Source of the DNA: Desulfatiglandales bacterium
GTDB lineage: Bacteria > Desulfobacterota > DSM-4660 > Desulfatiglandales > HGW-15
NCBI GenBank assembly: GCA_963667015.2
Contig: CAXXJJ010000001.1
Coordinates: forward strand, 1,312,001 to 1,376,000
Direction: 5' to 3'
DNA length: 64,000 nt
Position 1 is the stretch's first letter. Every line of letters begins with the position of its first letter. The position numbers and the translations under genes are program-made. The notes under the pieces were generated by a model. It worked only from the letters and a program-made list of their open reading frames with translations. It had not been told where the DNA came from and ran no database searches. Shown here piece after piece: positions 1 to 9,619 of this stretch.

Positions 1-738
1 TTGATTTGTCTTTGATATCCTGTCCTGGTAGGCCTCCAGGTTCATCTGACACATGGGGCATACAGTTACTATAGCATCTGCTCCATAGGCGCCTTTGAGT
101 ATTGCCCCTGTAAGTTCAAGGCCAACCTCTGTCTTGGTGTTCATATGGGAAGCTCCGCAGCACTTTCCTCCCATTTTCCAGGAATGAATATCCGCCCCGG
201 TTGCCCTGATAAGCGGCTCCATTGAAACGGGCGCCTCGGGATCATCAAAGATTGCATAAGGACGAAGGCACTGGCATCCGTAGTAGGGCGCGATACGAAG
301 ACCGGAGAGGGATTTTTTTAGCCGGTTTTGAATGATTTTGGGACCCAGATCCTTTGACATTATATCCAGAAGGTGACGCACATGTACCTTTCCCCTCAGC
401 TCGAGCTGATTTTCCTTCAATACCTCGTTAAGTTTGATTTTTAGTTCCGGATCATTTTTGGCCTTTATTTCCACCTTCTTCAGGTTCAGGTAACAGGCGC
501 TGCATGGCACGAGAATGTCTTTATCTCCATCCATTTTTTCCGCCAGAGCGATATTTCTTGCGGGAAGAGCAAGAGAAAGCAATGCACTTACCGATTCCGC
601 GGCAGTGGCTCCGCAGCAGGTCCAGTCATCCAGTTCTGTTAAATTAACATCAATTTCCTTAAAGAAATTTTTTGTGGATGTATTGTATTCCAATGCTGTC
701 CCTTCAAGTGAGCAGCCGGGATAATAGAAATAATTCAT
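1..738 (-). CDS. hdrB: Heterodisulfide reductase subunit B-like (CCG domains), 3' end runs off the window
   Basis: Not in the ORF track because its stop lies outside the window. Manual translation from ATG 738 gives MNYFYYPGCSLEGTALEY...WTCCGA...VPCSACY...PYYGCQ. The start overlaps the hdrC stop (ATGA). Confidence 0.9.
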   Translation of the reverse strand, partial: MNYFYYPGCSLEGTALEYNTSTKNFFKEIDVNLTELDDWTCCGATAAESVSALLSLALPARNIALAEKMDGDKDILVPCSACYLNLKKVEIKAKNDPELKIKLNEVLKENQLELRGKVHVRHLLDIMSKDLGPKIIQNRLKKSLSGLRIAPYYGCQCLRPYAIFDDPEAPVSMEPLIRATGADIHSWKMGGKCCGASHMNTKTEVGLELTGAILKGAYGADAIVTVCPMCQMNLEAYQDRISKTNQ

Positions 739-1307
739 GATCTTTCCTCCAACTCCTCGACCTTTTTGAATATTGCTTCAAGCGGATTAGGATTTCTGGA
801 TGGAATTTCTATTGATACCTTCCCTTTACGAAACAGGTTAATACCTAATGGTGTGAATTTAAGCGGTAGAAAGGGATTTTTCATGGACAGAAAATAAAGG
901 GACATGAACTCCATTTCATGAACCCTGCCATGTCGGCGAACACTGTCCATGAAGCTTTTATAAAATCGAACACTTTTTTTGTATGGCTTCATGTTTTTCT
1001 TGGAAGCAATCTGTTTGAGGGCACTCATTGCTTCTGTAATGGGTAATCCCCGAGGACATCTCAGGGTACAATAGTAACAGGCTGAACAGAGAGTAAATGT
1101 TCTGCTCTTAAAAATCTCTTCTTTTTGATCTGCCAGAACCATACGCCATAACTTTCGTGGAGTAATATCCATGGCAAAGGAGTTGGGGCATGAACCTGTA
1201 CATGTCCCGCATTGAATGCAGGGCCGGATCATTTCTCTGACAGGCCCCAATACACTGGATGAAGAACCGGTCTGATTTTCGTCTACTTTTTCTGCACGTG
1301 GACTCAT
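735..1307 (-). CDS. hdrC: Heterodisulfide reductase subunit C-like 2x[4Fe-4S] protein
   Basis: CIQCGTCTGSCP and CSACYYCTLRCPRG motifs; lies directly upstream of hdrB. Confidence 0.9.
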   Translation of the reverse strand: MSPRAEKVDENQTGSSSSVLGPVREMIRPCIQCGTCTGSCPNSFAMDITPRKLWRMVLADQKEEIFKSRTFTLCSACYYCTLRCPRGLPITEAMSALKQIASKKNMKPYKKSVRFYKSFMDSVRRHGRVHEMEFMSLYFLSMKNPFLPLKFTPLGINLFRKGKVSIEIPSRNPNPLEAIFKKVEELEERS

Positions 1308-1327
1308 ATTTTATCCTCTTTAAAAAA

Positions 1328-4300
1328 TTAACTTAGAGCCGCATCAATAATATCAAACATCTGCTCTTCCAGAAAGCCTTCCACGACAGACGCGCTGTTT
1401 GGACAGACTGCAGCGCAGGATCCGCATCCCTGACACATCACGGGATTTATTACGATCTTTTCAAGGTCATGGTCCAGTCTGCGCGCTCCGTATGGACATG
1501 CATCAATACATCGTTCACACATGCTGCACAGGCTGTGGCGGACGGTTGCAACAATCTTCCCCGACGGCAGATACTCCTGTGTGAGTATCCTTAATGATTT
1601 TTGAGCAGCTGCCTCTGCCATGGCAACGGTTTCGTCAATTGAGCCAGGGGAAAGGGTGAGACCGCAGGCAAAAACACCCTCTTTGATTGAATCGACCGGT
1701 CTCCATTTGGTCTCAGCCTCCCTAAAAAAACCATCCTGGTCGACTGAGGCGCCAAAATATTCAGCCAGGTCCTTATCCAGGGTTGGCAAAATTCCCGTTG
1801 AGAGCACTACAAGGTCTGCGTCGATCCGTATATTTTGCCCCAGAATAGGATCATACCCGTTAACCTGAAGATTTTTTTCATCTGTTCCCACACCATCAGC
1901 TATTACAACCTCGGGTTTGCCATCCACATTGTACTGTATAAAAATAATACCGGCCTTACGGGCTCTGGTATAATAGGTCTCCATAAATCCATAGGACATC
2001 ATATCTCGATACAGGATATAGATCGCTATATCCGGATTTTTGTCCTTTAATTCCAGTGCATGTTTCAGTGCGGAGCTGCAGCAAACCCTGCTGCAGTAAT
2101 TCCTTGGCCCCTCCCTTGAATCTACACATTGTATCATTACAACGGAATCGAGTTTGTCGATATCAATACTGTTGTTATCTATTCCCTGTGCCAGTTCTTT
2201 CTGGGAGATAATTGCTTCACTCTTATCATAGTCATAGGAAGAGGTGGATGCCTCCATTCCTCCGGTCGCAAGTATTACCACACCATGCTCCAGGGATCTT
2301 AATTCTCCCTCTTTATCCTCTATAGTAGTGTAAAAATGTCCTACTTCCCCATGAGATGCCACGATCCTCGATGAAAGAGAAACCTGAATCAAAGGGTTCT
2401 TTTCTATCTTCGACACGGTATCATCCAGAAAGATTTTAACAGAATGACCTTCAAGCGTGTTTTTCAGCCATGATAGATTTCCCCCGAGTTTATCCTCCTT
2501 TTCGATCAGGGTTACCTCAAACCCGTGTTCTGCTATTCCAAGTGCCGCAGCCATTCCGGCTATACCGCCTCCTACCACCAGTGCTTTCTGATCTATTTTA
2601 ACAGCAGGTGCCTGGGACGGGTTAACACGTTTTATTCTGGCGATACCTGTTAAAAGGGCATTTTCCACATCGCCTATATATCTCTCAGGGTCTGTTTCCA
2701 TTTCTGTCCTGATCACGGGGTACAGGGATGACCAGATATCAACAACATCCATACAGTATGGATTAATACCGGATTCCTGACATAGTTCCTTTATCTTGCG
2801 GTTGTATACATATGGCAGACACGCCCCTATCAAAACCCTGTTGGGTTTATGACTTTCTACAAGTTCTTTTAGTCTATTAATACCCGTAGCAGTGCATGTT
2901 CTATCGATATATTCAATTGTGTCGACCGATGGATCACTTTTAAGGCGGGAGATGAGGTCGTCACTTTGTTTAAGGAGATCAGAAAAGATATGGCCGCAGG
3001 TACAAATCGCGATCATAATTCTGGGTAATTCCCGGCTGACATCTGTTTGTTCAGGAACCTTTGCCCGGACAGGGGCCAGGCTGCCGCCTGCAGAATGAAT
3101 AACCCGGGAAGCGGACAGGGCCGCGGCTGATGCCTGTATGACTGACTCATGAATATCTTTCAGCCCGGAATAGGATCCTCCGATTATGATACCTTCATGA
3201 CTGGTTCTGGTCATTGAAAAGGGCTCTGTCTGGAAGTATCCCCATGGATTAAGAGGGATATCAAGATTTTTTGATAAATCTCTGGTCCCTGGCGCAGGCC
3301 GCTGTCCTACAGCCAGGACAGCCATATCAAAATATTCCTCATTGAGTGCGCCTGACAAATCAAAGTAACACAGGTTTAGATTCCCATTTTCTTCATCCGG
3401 ATCTGCGGATACAATCGAATGAACCCGGCCTCTTTCAAAACGTACTCCATGGGTTTTTTCAGCCTCATCACGGTAACGTTGATAGGACTTTCCAAATGTA
3501 CGCATGTCCATATAAAAAATAGCTGTTTCTATTAGGCCACCGGACTTTTTCTTTGCCATAAGTGCCTCCTTTATGGAGTACATACAGCATATGTTTGAGC
3601 AAAAGTCCGAGTCAGTCTGTAAGTCACGTGAGCCCACACACTGGATCCATGCGATCTTATTAATCGGCCTGCCGGTGTGAGGATGTATCAGCTTTCCTTC
3701 AACAGGTCCGGTCCCGCTCAAAATTCTTTCAAACTCAAGGCTTGTAACAACATTGGGAAGATTTTTATAGCCAAAGGGGTTTTTCCCATCAGTTGGATCA
3801 AAATAAGAGGTGCCCCCGCAGAATATCACGGATCCGAACTCCATTTGAGGTCCTTTGGATGCCTCGACATCCTCATATATTTTTAGAATTTTAGGTATGA
3901 GTATCGCAGTGTCAAAGGGCTTGATCAGGTAGTCCAGGGCACCCGTTTTCATTGCCTCCACTGCGGTTTCTACTGTGGCGTATGCGGTCATCATAACCAC
4001 CTGCAGGTCCGGCAGCATCTCTTTTGCCTTCTGGAGTACCTCGACACCATCCATTCCAGGCATTTTTATATCCAGAAGCATTAACTGGAAGGGCTGTTGT
4101 ACTAGTTTTTCCAGGGCCTCAGAGCCTGAGCCAGCGGTATCAACTGCGAAACCTGTTTCATCATCAAGCCATGCCTTGAGGGAATCCCGGATAATGGACT
4201 CATCATCCACTACAAGAATCCTGAAATTTTTTCTTTCCTGTTCTGACAGTCGAACAGCACCTGTAGGACAGACCTCTTCGCAGGCACCGCAGCGGGTACA

Positions 4301-4792
4301 GGCAGATACGTCGATCTGATATGGATTGGGAATTGCATGGGGAACCGGCAGATAGATCGCCTTTCTGGATGTGAGTCCGGCATTGAATACGTCCTCCACA
4401 TCAACAGGACAGACTTCGGTGCACCTGCCGCATCCAATGCACAAGCCTGGATCTACCCAGTGCGGTTTCTGTTTCAGCCTTACCTGGAAATGGCCCGGTT
4501 CTCCCTCCAGGTCAGAGAGTTCAGTGGAGAGCAGGATCTCAATATTTTCATGAAAGAGCCCTTTTCGCAGACAATATTGAGATGAGGCATCCCTGTTAAC
4601 CAGGGGCAGCATTTTACACATGCCGCACTGATTTGTCGGAAACTGGTAGTCAAGCTGACTCAGGACTCCGCCCAGATGGGGTGATCGGTCAATCAAGGTT
4701 ACTCCATAGCCTGTTTCAGCCAGATCGAGAGCAGCACGTATACCGCTGATACCTGCGCCTACCACCAGGGCCTTACCGATCTTTTTTTTCAT
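1328..4792 (-). CDS. hdrA: Large tandem HdrA-like FAD/FeS flavoprotein with an inserted receiver (REC) domain
   Basis: Two GxGxxG FAD motifs, two QCV-x-SR...CSxxCC cluster motifs and ferredoxin motifs. Residues ~190-307 form a full REC domain. Confidence 0.9.
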   Translation of the reverse strand: MKKKIGKALVVGAGISGIRAALDLAETGYGVTLIDRSPHLGGVLSQLDYQFPTNQCGMCKMLPLVNRDASSQYCLRKGLFHENIEILLSTELSDLEGEPGHFQVRLKQKPHWVDPGLCIGCGRCTEVCPVDVEDVFNAGLTSRKAIYLPVPHAIPNPYQIDVSACTRCGACEEVCPTGAVRLSEQERKNFRILVVDDESIIRDSLKAWLDDETGFAVDTAGSGSEALEKLVQQPFQLMLLDIKMPGMDGVEVLQKAKEMLPDLQVVMMTAYATVETAVEAMKTGALDYLIKPFDTAILIPKILKIYEDVEASKGPQMEFGSVIFCGGTSYFDPTDGKNPFGYKNLPNVVTSLEFERILSGTGPVEGKLIHPHTGRPINKIAWIQCVGSRDLQTDSDFCSNICCMYSIKEALMAKKKSGGLIETAIFYMDMRTFGKSYQRYRDEAEKTHGVRFERGRVHSIVSADPDEENGNLNLCYFDLSGALNEEYFDMAVLAVGQRPAPGTRDLSKNLDIPLNPWGYFQTEPFSMTRTSHEGIIIGGSYSGLKDIHESVIQASAAALSASRVIHSAGGSLAPVRAKVPEQTDVSRELPRIMIAICTCGHIFSDLLKQSDDLISRLKSDPSVDTIEYIDRTCTATGINRLKELVESHKPNRVLIGACLPYVYNRKIKELCQESGINPYCMDVVDIWSSLYPVIRTEMETDPERYIGDVENALLTGIARIKRVNPSQAPAVKIDQKALVVGGGIAGMAAALGIAEHGFEVTLIEKEDKLGGNLSWLKNTLEGHSVKIFLDDTVSKIEKNPLIQVSLSSRIVASHGEVGHFYTTIEDKEGELRSLEHGVVILATGGMEASTSSYDYDKSEAIISQKELAQGIDNNSIDIDKLDSVVMIQCVDSREGPRNYCSRVCCSSALKHALELKDKNPDIAIYILYRDMMSYGFMETYYTRARKAGIIFIQYNVDGKPEVVIADGVGTDEKNLQVNGYDPILGQNIRIDADLVVLSTGILPTLDKDLAEYFGASVDQDGFFREAETKWRPVDSIKEGVFACGLTLSPGSIDETVAMAEAAAQKSLRILTQEYLPSGKIVATVRHSLCSMCERCIDACPYGARRLDHDLEKIVINPVMCQGCGSCAAVCPNSASVVEGFLEEQMFDIIDAALS

Positions 4793-4809
4793 AAGAATAC
4801 CTCTTTTAT

Positions 4810-6117
4810 TTAGACTCCATAAATTGCAACATCCGCCAGGTCAGGCCCCAGGTACTCGCGTTCATTTTCTCCGAGTATACCCAGAGAAAGACAGATCAAT
4901 GTCCATAGATGTACTGTATGGTATTTTGCTTCATAATGTTCAGCAAGGTCATGGATCTGTGCATGACAATTATGGCACGCTGCAATACAGTAATCGGCCT
5001 TTGTTGCCAGAATCTGTTTCAGTTTTATCTCTCCATATTTTCTACGGGCATCAACAAAACCAGATTGCAGAAATCCTCCTCCACCTCCACAGCAGTAATT
5101 ATTTGATTTGTTAGGAGTCATATCAACAAAATTCTCTTCGCCGACAACCGATTTAACAACAAACCGCAGATCATCGGCAATGGGGTCTCCATAACTTTTA
5201 CGCACGATCTGGCATGGGTCCTGTACCGTGAACTTGATCTTCAGGTCTTTGTTCCAGTCAGAGTTGACCTTGAGTTTGCCTTCGCGGATCCATTTTGCGT
5301 AATATTCATAGATATTTTTTACGACAAAGTTGTGTTTGATGTTGAATTTTTTCAGTCCTGCCAGGACTGAGTAGGTGACATGGCCTCATTCGGTATTGAG
5401 GAAGACCTTGCATCCGAGTTCATCGGCCTTGTTTGCCGAGGTCTGAGTAATGTGTTTCCATGCCTCATCGTCCGAAAGAAACATGCAGTAGTTTTCACCG
5501 GCCCAACCCTTGCTTCCATAGGTCCAGTCAGCACCAACCAGATGAAGAATCTTCCAGAGCGGGACCATTTCATCCGGTTCAGTAACGGGTTCCCTTGAAT
5601 TCTGGTTTACAAAGAAATAGGCACCTTTCTTATCAATGGGGGCCTCCATGTCTTTAAATTCAGGCTGGGCCTCCCTGTATTCCTCCAGCACATCTTCAAC
5701 AACAAAGGTAAAATCTTCGGGCGCTGTGCCCATGGCGCTGCAGCTGTCATTTCTCAGGGCCATATCACAGGAGCCCAAGATACCTTTTGGTCTTTCTTCC
5801 CGGGGCCAGGTGGCCCTGGCATTATAAACAAGCTGCGGGATATCTATTCGCATGGGGCAGACATAGATACAACGCTGGCACATGGAGCACATCCAGACCC
5901 ATGGTGTGCTTGTAATCACATCATCCATCCCAAGGGCAGCCATACGAAGAAATTTTCTGGGGTCCATTCCTTCCAGACCCGACGCAGGACAACCCGAAGA
6001 GCAGGCACCGCATGTCAGGCACAGGTTAAGATTGCCCCCTTCAGGCAGGAGATCTTTCACCTTATCCATAAAAATGCCTTGTTTCTTTTTCCCAAGTTTG
6101 ACTACATCCGCTGACAT
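4810..6117 (-). CDS. HdrD/GlpC-like Fe-S oxidoreductase (2x[4Fe-4S] plus CCG domains), selenocysteine-containing, 435 aa
   Basis: ORFs 5386..6117 and 4810..5205 are one reading frame through TGA at 5386-5388: NTE-U-GHVTYSVLAG...VQDPCQIVRKS. The TGA occupies the Cys position of the ECGH motif. Confidence 0.88.
5352..5370 (-). promoter_or_regulatory. Bacterial SECIS-like hairpin
   Basis: Perfect stem TCAGTCCT/AGGACTGA with a GGC loop, starting 15 nt 3' of the in-frame UGA. Confidence 0.8.
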
Positions 6118-6140
6118 AACTTTTACCTCTTATTTGTTTA

Positions 6141-7283
6141 TCAGGAGATCCCTACAACCTCGTCAAATTCGTCTTCACGAAATTCAGATAAGGGTGGCAT
6201 ATCATCAAGGCTTTTACCTGCCTCATATCCAAATCCCTTTTGGGTTTTAAAGGCTATGGTACGAAAGAGTTCCATAACCGGTATATCGTTAGGGCAGGCA
6301 TTAGAGCATTGGCCGCAGCCTATACAGGCAGTGCTCATGTGAGCCAGCCTGGTGATATGGTAAAATGTAGTATCTGTGGGCATCTTGATCTGGCCCTTTC
6401 TTGCTGCCCATCTAAGATATTGTGAAGGTTCGTGGTTAAAGACATCGGTTACGAACACACACTCTTTGCAGTAACAGACAGGGCAGGCAACCCGGCAGTT
6501 ATAGCAGTTTACACAGTTGGCGAGATACCCTGTAAGTTTTCCAAGGTTGTTTGTTGCCTCGCTGGTTTCAGCAAACATATTATCCCGGTGGCTTATTCGC
6601 TCTGAAATCAGGGTATCTATGGCCTCTTTGCGTCCTGAAGGTTCAGCCGCTTCGGAAAGATTGAGTTTGCCCAATATAGCTTCACCCGCAGGTGTTTCTG
6701 GCTGAATCAGGATATGATCCTTTATATCCATCCCGTAAAGCCCTATGAGGATATCGGCACTGTTCGGCACGGGATATTCACAGGACATGCATGCCGTTGC
6801 AAGTTTTATGTCACCAAATGATGCACCCTTGCCCGAAAGGACGCTTTCATAAAAGCGTTGTGTGGAGCCCTTTTCATCCTCGGATACAAACCGGAAAAAA
6901 TCCGTGTTTTTATATGCCCCCAGACAATCGATCCCTACTATTATAATCTCATCCGTACGGCCCTGTTTAAGCTTTACAAGCTCTATAAAGGCCCTTATCT
7001 CACATGGACGTAAAACTACCGCTATCCTGCCGCCCGCGGGTTTGCGGGTAAGCCTGGATACAATCTTGGCTGCGTTCATGGGGAAGGCAGGAGACAGGGG
7101 ATCAACACCATCCAGTTGTTCCGGATCGCTGATCAGAACCGGCATTACCATATTCTTCATCGGAAGAAGTTTGGGAACCAGGATCGCGCTGATCTCATCC
7201 AGCTCCAGGATAGATCTAAAAAAACTCTGAAGAGATTCTAAAAGTTCCGTGTCTTTTGTATCAACTTTTAATGCGTTTAACAT
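6141..7283 (-). CDS. FdhB/FrhB-like Fe-S protein (F420-hydrogenase/dehydrogenase beta family)
   Basis: LRPCE, GIDC, CVNCYNCRVACPVCYCKEC and CIGCGQCSNACP motifs. Confidence 0.75.
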   Translation of the reverse strand: MLNALKVDTKDTELLESLQSFFRSILELDEISAILVPKLLPMKNMVMPVLISDPEQLDGVDPLSPAFPMNAAKIVSRLTRKPAGGRIAVVLRPCEIRAFIELVKLKQGRTDEIIIVGIDCLGAYKNTDFFRFVSEDEKGSTQRFYESVLSGKGASFGDIKLATACMSCEYPVPNSADILIGLYGMDIKDHILIQPETPAGEAILGKLNLSEAAEPSGRKEAIDTLISERISHRDNMFAETSEATNNLGKLTGYLANCVNCYNCRVACPVCYCKECVFVTDVFNHEPSQYLRWAARKGQIKMPTDTTFYHITRLAHMSTACIGCGQCSNACPNDIPVMELFRTIAFKTQKGFGYEAGKSLDDMPPLSEFREDEFDEVVGIS

Positions 7284-7320
7284 CAGTTCCTCCGAATTTC
7301 CATATAAGCATTACCAGCCT

Positions 7321-7743
7321 CTATATAACCATCTTCAGTTTGGCGGCGTTTGGTCCCAGGGCCTTTACCTGTGTGACCAGTTCCCGCATAATCTCGGCAA
7401 ACTGGATCCCGTCACTGGCACCGATCCATGTGAGCCTGAGCCGCTCCGGTTCAAAGCCAAACTGGGGAAGGATCTCTTTTAAAAGCTTTATCCTCCTGCG
7501 GGCCTTGTAGTTGCCATTTATGTAATGACAGTCACCCGGGTGGCACCCACTGACCAAAACGCCGTCAGCTCCTTCCAGAAATGCCTTGATTACATATTGC
7601 GGATCAACCATCCCCGTGCACATGACCCGAATCAGCCTTATGTTTTTGGGATAGGTCAATCTGGATGTCCCGGCCAGATCAGCCGCGGTGTACGTACACC
7701 AGTTGCAGACAAAGGCGACAATACTCGGTTCAAAATTTTCCAT
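7321..7743 (-). CDS. mvhD: MvhD/FlpD [2Fe-2S] subunit (Cys form)
   Basis: FVCNWCTYTAAD, MCTGMVDP and GCHPGDCHY motifs. Confidence 0.92.
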   Translation of the reverse strand: MENFEPSIVAFVCNWCTYTAADLAGTSRLTYPKNIRLIRVMCTGMVDPQYVIKAFLEGADGVLVSGCHPGDCHYINGNYKARRRIKLLKEILPQFGFEPERLRLTWIGASDGIQFAEIMRELVTQVKALGPNAAKLKMVI

Positions 7744-7804
7744 AGCTTTCTCCAGATTATTTCAAATCAATCAGTATAGTCAGAAATACGGAATCCGGGT
7801 TTGT

Positions 7805-9607
7805 TTATATACCCACAGAATTCAATGCATCCATGATCCCTTCAAACTCTGCGAAAACCTGTTTCTTATTAAAGTGTTTAACCTGTGCGGCACCGCTCGG
7901 GCAAAAACCCGAACAGCTTCCACACCCTTTGCATACAGCCTCATTGATTACCGATACACCCCTGAATTCATCAAATTCAATTGCAGAATAGGGGCACAGG
8001 CCGATACATACCTGACATCCGGAGCAGATATCAGGATCAATATATGAAATTGTGGACGGGACCTGTACAATTCCCCGTGTGGCAAGGGAAAGGGCCTTTG
8101 ATGCGGCCCCTGATGCCTGGGCCACGGTGTCCGGTATATCTTTGGGGGACTGACAGGCACCTGCTAGAAATACGCCGTCTGTAGCCGTATTCAGGGGCCC
8201 CAGCTTGGGATGTTCTTCAAGGAAAAACCCGTCTGCACCGATATTTACGCCAAAGACTCTGCCTACATCAACTGCATTCTCCCTGGCCTCCATGGCAACA
8301 CAGAGGATCACCATATCGACCGGCACACGTAAAGGGGCACCAAGCAGCGTATCCTCCGCAATGGCAATAAGCTTACCCTCCTCTTCAGGCACCACCGCCT
8401 GATCGGTAATTTCCGCCACCTTTCCTCTTATAAAATTAGTCCCTTCCTTCTGACACCTCTCGTAAAACTCTTCATAGCCCTTGCCGAAACAGCGCATATC
8501 AATATAAAAATCAAAAACCTCTGTGTCGTGCCCGATTTTTTCTTTTATAAGATGGGTATATTTCAGGGCATACATGCAGCAGACCCTCGAACAGTATTCA
8601 TGATAGTTCTTGTCACGGCTCCCAATACAGTGAAGGAGGGCGACACTTTTCGGTTTCCGGTTAAATTCACCGTTTTCATCCCTGATAAGAATCTGCCCGC
8701 CTGTGGGGCCGGTGGCATTACTTAATCGTTCAAATTCGAGGCTGGTATAAACATTTGGATATTCCCCATACCCGAATTGCTTTATGGGTGTGGGGTCCAG
8801 GACATCGTAACCTGTTGCCAGGATAATAGAACCGACCTTTACCTCAATAATCTCTTCTTCCTGATCAAAATCTATTGCGCCTGCCTCGCAGACATCCCGG
8901 CATATGCCGCAGTTTCCGGTATTAACATGGACACACGCCTCGGAATCGATCACCGCGGCAAGGGGAACTGCCTGGGGAAAGGGTATGTATATGGGTTTTC
9001 TCTCTTTAAGCTCCTCATCCCATTCCGAAAGAAGAGGCCTGGGTTCTCGTTTTGCTATCGCCAGGATATCGATGCATCCTGTAGGACAAACCGACTCACA
9101 TGCACCGCAGACCTGGCATACATCAGTGTTTATCTGGAAAGGGGTTTCAACCCTCATATCCGCCCCTCTACCGGCCAGGCTTATGGCGCTTACGCCCATT
9201 CTCTCTTCACACATACGGACACACAGGCCGCAGAGGATACAGGCACTGTCCCCGGGTCTGAATCTGGGTGTTTCAATGCCATATTTTTCGGCAAGCCCTT
9301 TTACAACAGGCACATCCGGACATCTGGCGAGAAGCAGTTCAACAATCAGTTTTCGTCCTTCGTGCACTGTGTCACTGTCAGTAGTTACCTCCATCCCTTC
9401 CCATATGGGGTAGTTGCATGCAGTAACAAAACGGATTTTGCGGCCATCGAAAAGTTCAACAGTACAAAGACGGCACATGCCTGCCGGTTCCAGCGCTTTA
9501 TGGTGACACAGGGTCGGGATCTGCACGCCGTATTTTTCCGCGACCTGAAGGATAGTCTGTCCTTCTTCTCCCTGGACTTCCTGGCCGTTAAGTTTGAAAT
9601 TGATCAT
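7805..9607 (-). CDS. Fusion of a NuoG/HydA-like N-terminal [2Fe-2S]/[4Fe-4S] region with the C-terminal part of HdrA
   Basis: IPTLC...CRLC...TAC at the N-terminus, then PFPQAVP, ILATGY, HCIGSRD, CSRVCCMY and LAGACQSPKDI HdrA motifs. Confidence 0.85.
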   Translation of the reverse strand: MINFKLNGQEVQGEEGQTILQVAEKYGVQIPTLCHHKALEPAGMCRLCTVELFDGRKIRFVTACNYPIWEGMEVTTDSDTVHEGRKLIVELLLARCPDVPVVKGLAEKYGIETPRFRPGDSACILCGLCVRMCEERMGVSAISLAGRGADMRVETPFQINTDVCQVCGACESVCPTGCIDILAIAKREPRPLLSEWDEELKERKPIYIPFPQAVPLAAVIDSEACVHVNTGNCGICRDVCEAGAIDFDQEEEIIEVKVGSIILATGYDVLDPTPIKQFGYGEYPNVYTSLEFERLSNATGPTGGQILIRDENGEFNRKPKSVALLHCIGSRDKNYHEYCSRVCCMYALKYTHLIKEKIGHDTEVFDFYIDMRCFGKGYEEFYERCQKEGTNFIRGKVAEITDQAVVPEEEGKLIAIAEDTLLGAPLRVPVDMVILCVAMEARENAVDVGRVFGVNIGADGFFLEEHPKLGPLNTATDGVFLAGACQSPKDIPDTVAQASGAASKALSLATRGIVQVPSTISYIDPDICSGCQVCIGLCPYSAIEFDEFRGVSVINEAVCKGCGSCSGFCPSGAAQVKHFNKKQVFAEFEGIMDALNSVGI

Positions 9608-9619
9608 GGGCTATACCTT

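Noticed and set aside
735..737. TGA ending hdrC as a second Sec codon
   Set aside because: The protein is complete, the TGA forms an ATGA overlap with the hdrB start, and no SECIS is evident.
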